Both the position numbers and the translations under genes were made by a program. From Moniliella sp. 'wahieum' (Eukaryota), in the NCBI GenBank assembly GCA_003971905.1, contig RSEE01000005.1, positions 310,001 through 374,000 of the forward strand: a stretch of 64,000 bases of DNA, written 5' to 3'. Shown piece by piece: positions 37,278 to 50,489 of this stretch (its first letter is position 1; every line of letters starts with the position of its first letter). Under the pieces are notes generated by a model. The model ran no database searches and was not told where the DNA came from. It saw only the letters and a program-made list of their open reading frames with translations.

Positions 37278-40079
37278 ATGGCCGACGCGTGTGTCCTACC
37301 GGTGGGTGTCTATGTCCCCGGTGCCTCGCTCGCCAGCACCCAGGTGCGCCGCCCCCACCCCGTCCAGCGCCGGTCGGGCGGTGCGCGCCTCGGCTTGCTC
37401 GAAACGCTCGACGAGGTCTCCCACAGCAACGCCCTTCATCTCCAGGCCACTCCTCCTGACAACCCACACGCCCACCTCCCCCGGCACGAGCCCTCGCTTC
37501 TGCCCGCTGAGGGCTACTCCTTTGTCGCTACTGACCTCACCACTCCCAGTGGCGGCAGCGCTGGGAACGCATGTGCATCGAGGCGGGCGACCCCGGCTCC
37601 ATCGGCATGGTTCTCAGCTCGTCCCGTCTTAACTTGGCAGCTGGAGCCACGCCGGGGCAAGATACCAGTCCAGCCTCCTTTGTGCGCCAAGCCGAGCTTT
37701 GGCGCGCCAATCCTGCGTTCCAGAGGGACGAAGTCAACCTCACCACTTCTGAGGCAGCCCCGGTGTGACACACTACTCCTTAGCCCATGGATCGAACTTG
37801 ATGCGGCAGACGAAGGTTTACGTCTCGACGCCGAGTTGGCGCTGATGCAGGAAGTCGCCTACGCTGCCCACCTCAACGCCTCCGCCGTGGCACTTCCGCT
37901 CCGTCGAGTGACCCAGAACGAAGAAAGTTTCTTCCCTTCTATGCTCGGACCGTAGCAGCTTGCTTTAAACCTGTCTCAGTGGCAGCACCACCCCTCCCGC
38001 TGGAGCGACCATGTCCCTTCTCATTTCGCTCCCCATTACCAGCCCCCACGAACTGGCGCGCAAACTGGCCAAGGAGCCATTGCCAGCGTCCGCAAAGTCC
38101 GCTGCCGTGCTCAGACGCGTGGATGACGACTGGGCCTGGGAAACCTGGAGCACAATCCAAGATGTGTGTCGGCACAACCCGAGGGTCAAGGTCATGCTTG
38201 ACCTGCGCTCCCCACTGCCTGTCCAACGCCGTGTCTTGGGCCGGTGGGCATCGGAACCCGTAGCGGGTATCTCGATCCCCGCTTCCTCGTTTATGAGCAA
38301 TGCCAAGGGCTTCCCTGTGCTCAGCAAGGCGGCCCAGGCGCTGGTCCGCTCCCTCCTCCCCCAAAAGCCTAGCATCCTCCTCTCTGAGACGCATACCCCC
38401 CCCCAGAGCATACCCGCGGAGGCAGCGACGCCTACCTAACTACATTAAGCATTTTGTCCGCACCACCACCGCCTCCTTGGCTAACGAACTCACTGCGTTG
38501 ACACTCACTGATACCGATCCCCTCCAAGTCCCACGACAGCCCTTGATGGATAACTTTGCCTCCAACACTTACGCCGAACGAGAACAGGATGAAGTCAAGT
38601 ACAAGCTGTACGAAGACGCGCTTGCGGCTGCGTTACGGGACCGAGCTGCCGCGGGACGTGCCAAGGAAGTGGTCCGGATCTGGGTCTGTGGCGCAGGAAG
38701 AGGGCCGTTGGTCGCCCGATGTCTGGCCGCTTCCTGGCGTAGCCGCGTCCACGTACATGTGACCGCCGTAGAAAGGAACCCTCACGCGATCGTGGTGTTG
38801 CAGGACCGGCAGGCGAAGGAGTGGGGGGTCGAGCGGGTCTCGATCCTGAGCGGCGACGTGCGCTTCTTACCCCCACTTTTGGACGAAACGGACAAGGCTG
38901 ACATGGTCGTTTCTGAGCTGCTTGGATCGTTTGGCGACAATGAGCTGGGACCCGAATGTCTGGATGGGGCCAAACGGTTCCTTAAAGGTACGTTGACAAG
39001 CATGGTTTGGCCCGTTAACCAGGGCTGTGGTTAACGTTTGCGCGATGCCCCCTTTTCTTTTCTCTTCAGTTGGCGGTATCTTCATTCCTTCGTTCATAGG
39101 CAACTACTTAACCCCCATCTCCTCTCCCCACCTCTATCCCAAGACCAAGAATACCAAAGCGACACCGCTTCTGTCGGAGGAACAAAAGCGCGGTGCACTC
39201 GAAACCCCCTATACCGTCTTAGTCAAGTATGCTGGCTACCCCGCCGCCTTGGGGGGCGGGGGATGGGCGCCCATCCAGCCAGGATGGGAATTTCACTTTG
39301 GAGCAGCCACGTCGTTTGCGCCGCTGGATGACGCCTCGGGGCTGCCATTGAACAATTCGGCCAATGTACGCACTGTTGCGCTCACGTTTTACCTCCCGCT
39401 TCCGTCGGTGGTGCATGGGCTGATGGGTTACTTGGAAGCCCGCCTGTATGGTGACATTGTTCTCAGTAATCCCGATGCTGGGCAGAGCTCAGAAGGACTC
39501 TCCTCTTTTCCCCGCTGTTCTTCCCGTTCTCTGCCCCGCTGTACACTCCACCCGGCTGCGAACTGGCCATCCACATGTGGCGAATGACGACGGAGCGGAG
39601 GGTGTGGTACGAGTGGTACGCAGAAGCTTTCCTTGCGCTTCCTATGGTGCAGGGGGCTGCCTCCCCCTCTGGTCGGACAAGTACAGGACTCGACTCGCCC
39701 TACGCGCCACCGGGCTACGCCTCGCCCATCTTGGCCGATGGCACCCATCCCTCTTCCGCGGGAGGAGAACGTAGCTCGAGCGCATTCCAAAATGCCCCGG
39801 CTACCCCGGCCTTGCTTGCGACGCAGCAACTCGATACGGCCACGCCACGGCGGGATCGCCCTTGGGCGTCTCCTCGCCCGTGTGCCCTCGTCCATGGGGT
39901 GGTGATGAGTCCACGGCCAAGTGGGGCGAGCACCTTGAATGGTGCCGGTGGCGCCCTGCTCGGCCCCAGCCACAGCCGCAGCCTCAGTCACAGCCACAGT
40001 TTGCTGGACTGACACGGGTCAAAACCAACATGACCGCCTTGATGAACCCGGGGGACGAAGCTCGTGGATGAGCTTGTAA
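37278..40079 (+). CDS. PRMT5: type II protein arginine methyltransferase PRMT5/Skb1/Hsl7
   Basis: SPWIELD...LMQEVAYAAHL, RWASEPV...FMSNAKGFPVLSK, QPLMDN, VCGAGRGPLV, AVERNPHA, DMVVSELLGSFGDNELGPECLDG, VWYEW, NPGGRSSW; intron ~38988-39069. Confidence 0.93.
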
Positions 40080-41024
40080 CATGCAACCTCCGAGCGTGCG
40101 CCACTCCAGAGTGCCACTCCCCTAGTTTGGAGGTGGAGGAGGGGGGGTGATGGCATGCGGTGGTGACGAAAGCTATGATACACTTATGATGTGCAAGGGC
40201 GCACGGTGGGGGGGGAGCGATACATCTCGACTTTTCCGGCTGTGGTTCAATACTCTGATGTGTGCATGTGTATGATTTGTTCGGATTCCCTCTGCTTTTT
40301 TGACGAAGTCGGTTGCGCCAACGGGCAACGATCAAGGTTGAGTTCAAGGTTGATCTTCGTCTTCGTATTTTGTTGATCGAGGGCTTGGCACCCTTACTCT
40401 ATATTCCCCCAAGGCTGCCCTCCCACGTGGCTGGCCGACAGGGGCTGCGCGCCCGGACGGATGGGTCAATCAAGCAGACGTTTGCTGCACCCTCTCTCCC
40501 TTCCCTTTCCCGTACGATACTCAAGCAGCATGACCCCCCCCCCCCCATGGCTCTCGCCAACGTGCGATATCCAATTTATCCGCTCTTCCTCCTCCTCCTC
40601 TGCCCCTCTCCCTATAAGCGCTCACACTTTCGTTCCCTTCTTATTCATTATCGTTTTCTGTGGCTCCCGCCTCCCATTCCACGCACAGCACACGTTCTCC
40701 CCCCCCCTTTTTCCGCTCCACGCTACCTCAGTTTGCCCCGTTGGTGGTCCTGCAAGCTACAACCATGCCGCCATCATCCAGGGAGTGAGTTGCGGGCGTC
40801 GGATTGCGCATATGTGTATAGGTAGGACTACCTTAATCTTTTGGAATCACCACCACCACCACCACAAGGCAACTCACGGTGAGCTGGGAGCTGAGTGGTG
40901 AATGATGAACATAAGCGGTAGCTTCTTCTTAGCTTTCCCGTCTGACATGGGCTGTAGCAGACTGTATGTAGGTACTCGTAAAAACCTGCTGTAGAATCAG
41001 CTCGACTGGTTGCCGGCGGTGTAG

Positions 41025-41105
41025 GTCATGTGACCATCACAGGTCATGGGCCGGTCATGATGCATGATTCGTGATCACCGGATGTCTGGTGACCGGTGAC
41101 CTCAC
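41025..41105. repeat. TSA-palindrome cluster upstream of NOP9
   Basis: tcatgatgcatgattcgtgatcaccgg and tgaccggtga. Confidence 0.7.
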
Positions 41106-41231
41106 CATGGCCATGCGGAATTGAGGGGTTCCGCTGCTTTAATTTTTTGTTTTTGGCGGCTGGCTGGCTTGGGCCCATAGGTGACTGCCCTCTTTCGTCC
41201 TACTTGGCCCATCCGTGTCGACATCAATCCA

Positions 41232-43872
41232 ATGGGCAAGAAGGGCTTTGCCGGCAACAAGGAGCGCAAGCGTGGCCGCAAAAAGTCCAAGGTCGCCGCT
41301 GAATCCCAAGTGGAGGCCGGCGGGGGCAGCGGGTGGGGAGGGTGCCCACGCCCAGCATACCGCCGGTGTCGATGGGCAGCCGTCATGGATTGCTGCGGGC
41401 GCGCCAGCCGACGAGGTCGACCCAACGGCACCCTTTGGCTTTGTCGATTCCGACGTCAAGACGTACTTTAAGGACCTCTTTGGCCAGCTCAAGGCTGCCG
41501 AGGCCACTGTCGCATTGGTGAAGAGGAACCGACGAACATGACAGGACTCGGAGCATGCGCTGCTCATGCAAGCCGCCTTGCGCGAAGCCGATGGGCGCGT
41601 TCTTACCCTTGCCACCGATCCAGACACGCGTTTGTGATGGAGTACCTTATTGCCCATCTTAAAGCAAGCCCATCCGTATTCTCATGGACCGCATGAGTGG
41701 CTCTTCACATTGGCCCAACACCGCTTCGGATCGCACGTGTTGCAGTCCACCCTGGCTGCTCTGCAGCCCTTGGTGTCGGAGGAAGTCAGGATGGGCGGCA
41801 AGGCCAAAGGGTCAAGCGACACGGATCTTGGCCACCTCCGCTCCCCCATCAAGCTTCTTCTTGACGCAGTGGACGAACTTCAGCCCCATTTGGTGCCCTG
41901 GTTCAAGACTCGTTTGGCACTCACGTCTTCCGCGTTCTCCTGTTTTTGCTTTCCGGCCGGGCTGTCGAAGAGGAGGAGACGAACAAGAACAGTGCCATCC
42001 GCTCTCGGCCCGGTCTAAGCGCAGCTCCAAGTACCGTGCCAAGGAGATCACCTCGGCCTCCGCTCCCGGCCAGGCTGAAGGCGGGACAGCGCAGGAGGCG
42101 GTGCAAATCCCCACCTCGTTCGAAACTGTTTTGGAGCAAGTTCGGGCGAATGTGTTGTCAGAGATGGGGATGAACGAGGTGCGTGCGATTGCAGTTTCCC
42201 CCGTTGCCGCCCCGGTTCTTGCCATCTTCCTCGACTGTGAGGCCCGCTCTCCCGATCCAAACACGCGGCCCGAGGCGCCCAACTCGCTCCACGATTTGCT
42301 CCTCGACGGATGGCGAGTTTTGTGCGTACCCATCCTTCTCCTAGTCCTGATGAGGTGCCGGAAAAAACCGACTTTACCGAGTCGATGCTTCGCGATACGG
42401 TGGGCTCCCTCACTCTTCAAGCGGCGTTGTTCACGGCTTCCCCTCAAGTGCTCTTCCTCTTCTACCACATCTACTTTTCGGGTCGCTTGATCAAGTTGGC
42501 CACCCATCCTGTGGCCAACTTTGTTACCTCCACCTTGGTCCGTCGATTAGGCTGGATCATCGCTCAGGCGCGCGAGAAGTTGGTGGGCGTAACCGTCGAA
42601 GACGGGAGCACAGCCACCGGCTTGCTCCACTCGGTCTCCAGGAGATCACAGCAGCGGGCAACAAGGTAGTCAAAGAAAAGAAGACCAGTCTGTTGTCTGC
42701 TGTGTTGGAAGCTGGTTCCATTGCCGATGCCGATGGTTCGACCCAATGCAAGAGGCGGTCGTGGACGCACTGTGTGCCAGCTTTTGGCTATCGGTAACTG
42801 CGTCTGCGCCTCAGGAGGGGCAGACAGAGACGGCGACGGCCGAGGCAGAAAAGAGCGAGAAGCGCTGCTGGTGATCTTGTCGCTTCAAACGCGCAAAGAC
42901 TGGTTAAAGACCCAGTCGAAGAAGAGGACTTCGGCCCAGTCCAAGACCAAGGGCAACAAGAAAGACGCATTTAGCCAGGCTGTCGCCGACGAGACCGACA
43001 GTGACGAGAGCGATGACGAAGAGGAACTTTCGCGTCAACCGGAACATTCGGTTCCTGAAGCAGACGACATTCAAGCCGATACCCAAGGCAGTCTGACTTC
43101 AATCGATGGCCAAGCTCTCTTCCCCCGCCAACAGCGTTCTACACCGAAGGTCCGTCGTTTTCTGCTTTTCGTGTTCCAGATGTGTATACTGACTTTGGGC
43201 TATGTATCGATACAGCTTGGAACGCCAGACGCCAGCCACGGTTCTGGGTCTATGCAAATCGCCGACCGCGGTCCATGTGTGCTGGCCTGCTCTCAAGCAG
43301 TAACCACCTTTGTGCAAAAAAAGAAACTGTATGAGCTGCTTTTGCCGCATCTTGCTGCGCTCGCCGACGACCGATGGGGCAGTCGGGTAGCCGACGCGAT
43401 CTGGGACGTGGCCGATGTCTTTGTCCGTTCCAAGATGGTACGGCAAGCCCAAACCCAAGAGAGGCATCTTGCATCCCAGTACGGCCGTTTCCTCCTCAAA
43501 AAGCTCAACCCGGCATGTTCCGTAAGAACCAAGAGCGTTGGCGGGAATGGGCCAAGCAGTTTGTTCTCCCACCCTTCCCTCGCTGCGCGAGGAGACGATG
43601 GCGTCGCTCCGAGCCGCTGCCAAGCGGGTACCTGCTTTGTCTTCCTCCACCGCCTCGACCAAGTCAGAGCCACCGAGCACCAAGCCGAGCAAACGCAAAC
43701 GCGAAGACAAGTCCGTTTCGTCACATAGCAAAAAGAGCAAAAAGACGGAAAGGTCAAGGCCAGGGCCCATGACAAACCCCGCAAGGCAGCCAAACACGGT
43801 GGTGTGGACGCTGAATTGGACGCTATTTTGCTGAAGCAGACTGAGCCCCCACTCATCCCCGCCCGTCTATGA
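41232..43872 (+). CDS. NOP9: nucleolar Pumilio-repeat protein Nop9
   Basis: PFGFVDSDVKTYF, LAQHRFGSHVLQS, FGTHVFRVLL, LATHPVANFV, LADDRWGSRVAD, SQYGRFL; intron near 43150-43216; end approximate. Confidence 0.9.
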
Positions 43873-45653
43873 GCAATGTTTGGCCATGATTCCATCTTGT
43901 TCCCTTTACTATGTACTGCCCCATCAGTTATGGAGAACTATGGAAGTAGAGTTCAAAATGTGTATAGAACAGCGGAGACGGGATGTCGTTATATAGCGCT
44001 AAAAGTAGGGGGGGGAGTTCTCTGTTTGCTGGCCAAGGCCGCAGTCCTTCAAACCCATCAAATGCAAGACTTCCTACTGATGTTCACTGCCCCACGCCCC
44101 GCTGCCAGCCAATTTGGTACTAGAAGGATTCCTGGGTGGGGGGGATAGCACCTGACGGTATGATGGGCGGGCCGATAGTGCATTACACTGGACATGCTCA
44201 CACGCTACTCTCTCTTTCCTTCCAGGGCAAGTCCGTCGGAGGCAATCGGCCTATATACGTTGTGGTTGGCAACTGACCATAAACGTTCAACCCGCAAACC
44301 TCTACCGAGCCCTCTTGACACATCCATCAGTCAGACCAACCAGGCCTCGTATAACTGTGCCAGTGGCAGCTTCTTGACCCTCCGCTCTCACGCCAAAAGC
44401 ACAATGGCAAACTGAGCCAGGACCGTGGCATTTTCCACCACATACTGTCCATATGCACCTGAAGCCGCAAAGGAGGTGCCCTTAACGATTCTGCTGCGTA
44501 CCACATATCTGCCCAGCGGATCGAGCGCGTCGGAGCAGTCGTCCACCGATTTTGGTTAGCAATCCAGATGTGGACTTCAACCATGTCCTCCATCGTGCCG
44601 CGAGAGAGACGCTCTTGTTGGGGAGAGAGGTTAGTGGCCGTACATGTGCATGTGGTTTGGCAAGGTGTGAGTGCGAACACAGCCCCAAGAGTACCTCTCT
44701 CCAAATGGGATGGTTGAAGATGATCTGGTGTACAGGGGGGCTGGGCGTTTTGAACTTCGGGCACCTGTACCATTTACTGTGCTTTATGCACCACAATAGT
44801 ACCAAAACTTGACTCCGCTAGCACAATGCGTTGAGATCAAAACGGGGTCTCCGTATTGTGCTAATGCCCCTCCACCATTGGTAATTCCAGCGCCCGTTCT
44901 GTCCACACAAATGTCTGATGGTCTGTTGCGAAGGGGGATTAAAAGCGCTTGAGTCCGGGAGACCAAAGGCCTCACTAAGACGCCAAGCTTCAAGCTGCGT
45001 GAGCTTCAGGTGAAGCCTGAGGCTCAGGCCTCATGCGTAGGATGGTCGGTTGGAGAGAACGGACCTGAGAAGTGCACAAAGTATGATGGGCGTCTGCACT
45101 CCTTGGCATAGTCCACTGGCCAACAATGCGAATGGCCACTGCCCCTGTCACTTTGTTCTCCAAACTCCCTTCCGATTAGATCCCCACACGTACAATTCTT
45201 GATCGCCAATGGCTCTGGCTGTTACCAGACTCCGCAGGCTGTGGCTTGGATAGGACACTACGATATAGTGACTGTATCATGCGACGACCGAGGCCACAAA
45301 TTACTTTTGGATCTTTATTAATCAGATTCATGGTATTCATTCTTGTCTAATCGCAACGTACCACAACGGCCTTCTTCTCTAACCACATTGGCCCTACACA
45401 ATCTCCCCGGCGGGGTCCACCAGATTGATTCAGCGAGAGATGGGCTGAGGATGGACATATTGTGACGCGTGACAGCCGGATGGCTCTGGTATCCGTCAAA
45501 TCGTCACAGGGCTCTGCAAACGACACCTGCAAAAATGATGGGACTGAGGGGGTGGCGGACGTGTCGGCCTGATCCACTCAACGTACTCAGCAGCTCCACA
45601 TTTTCTTTCGAGACATCGCTCCGTTAGCCCGCGAAATTTGCAAAAGGGCATGT

Positions 45654-45681
45654 TCAACGTTCAACGTCCATGCATCGTGCA
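45654..45681. repeat. in-register array TCA-ACGT-TCA-ACGT-CCA-TGCA-TCG-TGCA
   Basis: tcaacgttcaacgtccatgcatcgtgca. Confidence 0.85.
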
Positions 45682-46059
45682 GGGCCACCGCCCATCGGCC
45701 TGCCAACGTAGTCCGCGCCGCCCATGAGCTGGTTGATGATCAACCACTTAGCTTTAATGGGACGGAAGAATTCCTGCTCACGACTCGCTTCAATCGGTTT
45801 TGCTGCTCACCGCGGTACTTATCCACCCATGCATCCACACACTGAGGAAACAAAAGATGGGGGTCAGAAGCTGGGAGGGCGGTCTCCGCGGCACAACCAC
45901 TGGCACCTGGTGCCCGCAATGGCGCTTTAACATGGAGTGTTCCAACGTGCAGGTGGTGGGGTGGTGGGTCAGGAAAGTCCAGGGACAGGCGGGATGGACG
46001 CCATCCTGACCCCCGGCACCTCAAGTGGGGGGGAACTCCGTATTTGGTCAGAGTCCTGC

Positions 46060-46110
46060 ACTCAGCGCACTCAGCGTACTCAGCGTACTCAGCGCCTTAG
46101 CGCTCTCAGC
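46060..46110. repeat. 9-bp period array (actcagcgt/c)n
   Basis: actcagcgcactcagcgtactcagcgtactcagcgc. Confidence 0.85.
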
Positions 46111-47622
46111 CCCCTGAACTCCGCCCTGCCAAGTCCGCTCCCATCTCAGACCTCATCGGCCTCATCTTGTTCTCCTCCCTTGATGCGTTTTGGCGCACAG
46201 GCCGGTTTGCTACCCGGCCCACGGTCGTTCCCACCAGCAGGAGCCATGTGCTACTGCACTGGGACCCAGTCCGAACACATTGCGCAGTGCGCATCGGCCC
46301 AGCCGCCCGGCTTACCCAGTCCCACAGTCGATCGACCGTCGCGCCGCGGTCGGCTGGGCGCGCCGCCTGGAAGCTCCGCCTGGCCCATGCGCATAGCGCA
46401 GTGCGACGCAACCTGACTCAACCTGCACACACCAGCGCTGCTCACCACGGCGGTGCGTGGGGCGCGGCTGATCCGATGGGCTGGCTGCCTTGGGGAGAGT
46501 GGCGGGTGGGGCTGGAGGACGCAAAAAGAGCGCTGAGGCTGAGAGCCTAGAGTACCCGCACCCCGCCGCTCGTCTTGGCGGAAACAATGGGCGGCGGAAG
46601 TCCGGGTCGGTGCAGATCAGCGATCGTATTGTTCAGCATCAGCGCATCAGCGCCCGCCGGCGCCCCCAGCACTCGTGGCCCGGCGCAGCCCAGCACAACA
46701 ATATACCAGCGCTGGTCGGCCGATGGCGCTACACTGCGCCCGCGAGGAGGACCCCCATTCGATGGGCGCTTACTGACTACCCCCCTACACGGGACATCGG
46801 TCGCCCCATGCCCCTAGTCACTAGTACTCCCTGCTCCGACCGCGCCCCACTCGGGATGCTCGGTCATTATAATCATTCCCAGGGTATAGTATACAGGACG
46901 CGTAGTGGTCTCGCGCTACCCCGTACCACTTTCCACGCCTGCTACAGGAACTGACCTGGAATCCTGTGCCTGACACCTGCCCGGCCCGAGCGCTTGGTGA
47001 CCTCAGCCGTGACCTCACGCAGCAAAGGCAAACGGAAGACTTTCGTTTGCTTACACCCGCCATCCGGTCTGTGGCCGGCTCATAATGGCACACGACATCT
47101 GATGTATATATCATGGCCACACATACGCCAAGACATCGAACTTCCCTGGGTGGAAGTGGGGAGGAAAAGGCTAGTGGGCGCTCTCTTGACCATCTTGGTC
47201 CGCCCTCAGCACCGCAAGTCTCGCAGCGCCCTCTTCAACGTCGGACAGCCGCCGACGTGAGAGTCGATCAATCGATCGTGTTTCTACTCACAGTGCTCTT
47301 CTGTGCTCATCGCCTCCGGTTGGGCAGCGTCCATTCTACCAATCCTCTCCATGATCCGCACGGGGCGACACAGGACGTTTGGGCCCGGAAATGGTCAAGA
47401 AGACTACCCGGATGGTCAGCACGATTGGACCGAAGCCGCGTTCCTGTCCCCAGCACATGGTTTTTGCAGGGGTGAGACGGTGCCACTATCCTATACAGAG
47501 ACTCTTCCGATGGAGGGTGCAATACTTTCCGTACCGAGAGAGCAATTACTTCATCTGCTTCAGGTGCGCTCCAGCTCCGAGAGGAAAAGGAAACAAGAGC
47601 ACAAGAACCATTCACCGTTGAG

Positions 47623-47630
47623 TATATAAA
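47623..47630 (+). promoter_or_regulatory. TATA box of the small secreted protein gene
   Basis: TATATAAA followed by a CT-rich leader and a CACAATG start context at 47737. Confidence 0.65.
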
Positions 47631-47736
47631 GGTCGACTCGCCTCTGCCCCTCCTTCTTCCTCTCACCACACCACACTCTTCGTCCTTTTCGAGCTTTCCA
47701 CCCACACAAACACATTCTATCCCCTTCTTCCTCACA

Positions 47737-48116
47737 ATGAAATTCAGCTACACCGTTGTCTTCGCCCTCGTTGCCCCGCTCGCGGTTTTGGCCGCGCCCG
47801 CTGCAAAATCTGGTTCGTCTCTCACGGCCTTCACGGACGACGATTGCAAAAACAGCTACTTTACCAACACCGACGTCGCGCACGATGGTATCCAGGGTAC
47901 CAATTGCTTTAACACATGGATCCGTGGGGAAGGTGACACAGCGGTGTACCGGTGCAGTCCATCACCACCTCAAACCTCCAAGGAGGATGTGTGGCTCATA
48001 TCTACTCGAATCTCGACTGCGAGGGCGAAGTGTTGGCGGTCGACTCGCAGCAGGATAACAACTGCTACCGCAACTATGGCAACTGGTTTGGGCTGAGCGC
48101 CCAGATTACCTGCTAA
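47737..48116 (+). CDS. small secreted cysteine-rich protein (candidate effector), one frameshift near 47950
   Basis: Signal peptide MKFSYTVVFALVAPLAVLA; the corrected C-terminus reads VQSITTSNLQGGCVAHIYSNLDCEGEVLAVDSQQDNNCYRNYGNWFGLSAQITC*. Confidence 0.8.
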
Positions 48117-49521
48117 GCCTCTGCCCTGGTCACGGGTAAAGATGCTTGGGACTGACTGTCCCATCAAGGGCTTTTAGCCTACATACGTTTTCTACATCCT
48201 TTTTCGTGTTCTTTTCTTTCTCGGTGTAAACTAAACGAGAGGGTGAGGGTTCCAACTCTGGGATCGCCTTTTCCTTTCGAGCCACTAATACTGTTACGTG
48301 ACTCTACCGTTATGAAAAACCCTTTTCCTGAGAGGCAATCTTTGTCTTCTCTGTTTTGACTCGTTTTCTCTTCCTGTGGGCTCCACACGTTAACGTGGTC
48401 GCCTTTTGCGCTTTGACGCTCCAACTACTTGAAATTATGTGTCTGTTTTTCCTTTCTCTTGGATACTCGTGTGGGCCGCTCTGTTTCATAGCACAAAAAG
48501 GGGTGATGCATATTTGCGGGGAATCGGCTGGGTGTAATAGGCTATCATTTTGCAGTAGTGTTGCTCCTTTTAGATTCAATGTAACACGCCAACGGGTCCA
48601 ATCTTCTTTCAGTGGCGTGTATTCATGAGAATAGTTGGCATCTTCTCTATTATTATACCGTGCACATATGTGACGAAAAAAGATTTTATAGTGGGGAGAG
48701 ACGCTCTTCTGCATATACATATATCGTAGGTCACTGCACAACAGGATGAACGGGTCGGTTTGTATATACGCGCGCAGAGCGTTTTTTGTCTGCAGACTCA
48801 AGTCTCCCTGTCAATTATATGGTTGCAGTATAGGTAACCCGCGGTAACCGGGTAGAGACAAGCAGTTAGTTTGAGATGTGTGTGCGCTCGGGGTGCGCCC
48901 GAGCAGCTTGACCAGACGAGAAGAATAACTCGGGAGGTTGGAGAACGGTAGGCAACATGCCGATTAGGCCTGTGCAGAGAGCCATTATGTGACTGGATGT
49001 GTCACGGTCCTCTTAGCTATAATCAGGTAAATCTTCTCACTGTGCTCTTCGCCGATCCTGTTCTCCCAACCCTACCAGTGCATCCTTTGCTTCCCTTGGT
49101 ACTTGACCTCACTCGTATCGCCTGATCGACTGATCCTTACAAGATGTAGTGAGGGCGTCGTAAATATTGAAGATCGTAAGAGAGAGAACGCACTATACCA
49201 TTTTGGGGGCAGGAAATAGTAAAAGACCCTGCGCCACCGGCTGCGCCCTTACAATTAATAGCCCCTTAGGCCGGCCTTTATACACTAACGACCCCGCCGA
49301 TGTCAAACCACGCTCTATCCCCTCCGCCCTCGTGAAAGACTTTATCGTTCCTAGTATACCCCTATAATACCCCACCCGCCGCATGTGTGCTCTTATCTGT
49401 CAACACCGCCACAACGAAGCCCTCTCGCCCCCCAAAAACCCTCTGTGCTCACTTCATTTTGTTCACATCTACCCCTCCTGTCCTGTCTCCCATCCCTGTC
49501 GAGGCTTTCACCAATCGTCCC

Positions 49522-50489
49522 ATGTCGAGTAACCATCCCAGTGAGGAAGACCCGATCGCAACGCCGCTCACAATAATATCGCTCCGGACGAACAGGTACG
49601 GCCGCCGGCTTCGCTTGCTCCCCCAACACCAGTGCTGGCCAATCTGGCGTCCAAAAGCGAAGCAATTACCAAATTGGCCAGCATCCCTCTCTTGGTCGCA
49701 CTCGTGGTCGGGTTGCGTGAGTACGTCGCTTCCAAGAAACGGCTGGGCCAATTGGAGCGAAGGGCGGTGACGGTAAGTGAATGGGTTGCAGCGACGGTGG
49801 TGGTGCGTCTAAGTTTCTTGAGCACTGTGGCTGTGATCGCCGATTCATTGGCCAGCAAGACGCTCACTCGTGCCGAGAAGGTGGCACCACAAATCTTCAC
49901 TCTTACGCCAGCCGACGTGGTGGACACTGTTTTTCAAAATGTCGCTGGCGCACGTTCCCTCGCTGTTAGTTCTCGGGTCAAGGCACAGGCTCACCTGGAT
50001 CAACTGCGCGCCGAGCACGTTACCCTACATAGGGCATACCAGTCCTTGGCCTTGCTCAATACGCAATTGGTGGCGGCGGGGTTGAAGGCCAAGGAGGCCG
50101 GCAGCTCGATCAGTGACAACGTCCAGACCGAGCTCCACCATCTCCTGGACTCGGTGGGGGACGAGCTGAATCGCCTGCACCATTACCTCCTCTCCCTCCC
50201 TGCTGACGCCAAAGCGGGTCTGGAGCCCATTCAGGCCACATTCCTAGCCAAGTACGAGGATGTGACACGCCAACTCAAGGACAGCGATGCCCCAGTTGGC
50301 CATCGCGTCTGGGCGCCCAGCTATTTGACCAATTCTACCCTCCCGGCTCTCAACACCGCATTACGTTCCCTCTCCTTTACCAAGACCCAGTCTACTGAAC
50401 CGGCCCCTGTGAACCCTCTGACTGTCTTGGAGATCATGGAGGTCGACCAGTTGCCTCAACCCTCGCCCCCCACCACGAAGACTGACTGA
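49522..50489 (+). CDS. perilipin-like lipid-droplet protein (putative)
   Basis: SEAITKLASIPLL...ADSLASKTLTRAEKVAPQIFTLTPADV resembles the fungal perilipin (MPL1/CAP20) pattern; amphipathic helical C-terminal half. Confidence 0.5.
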
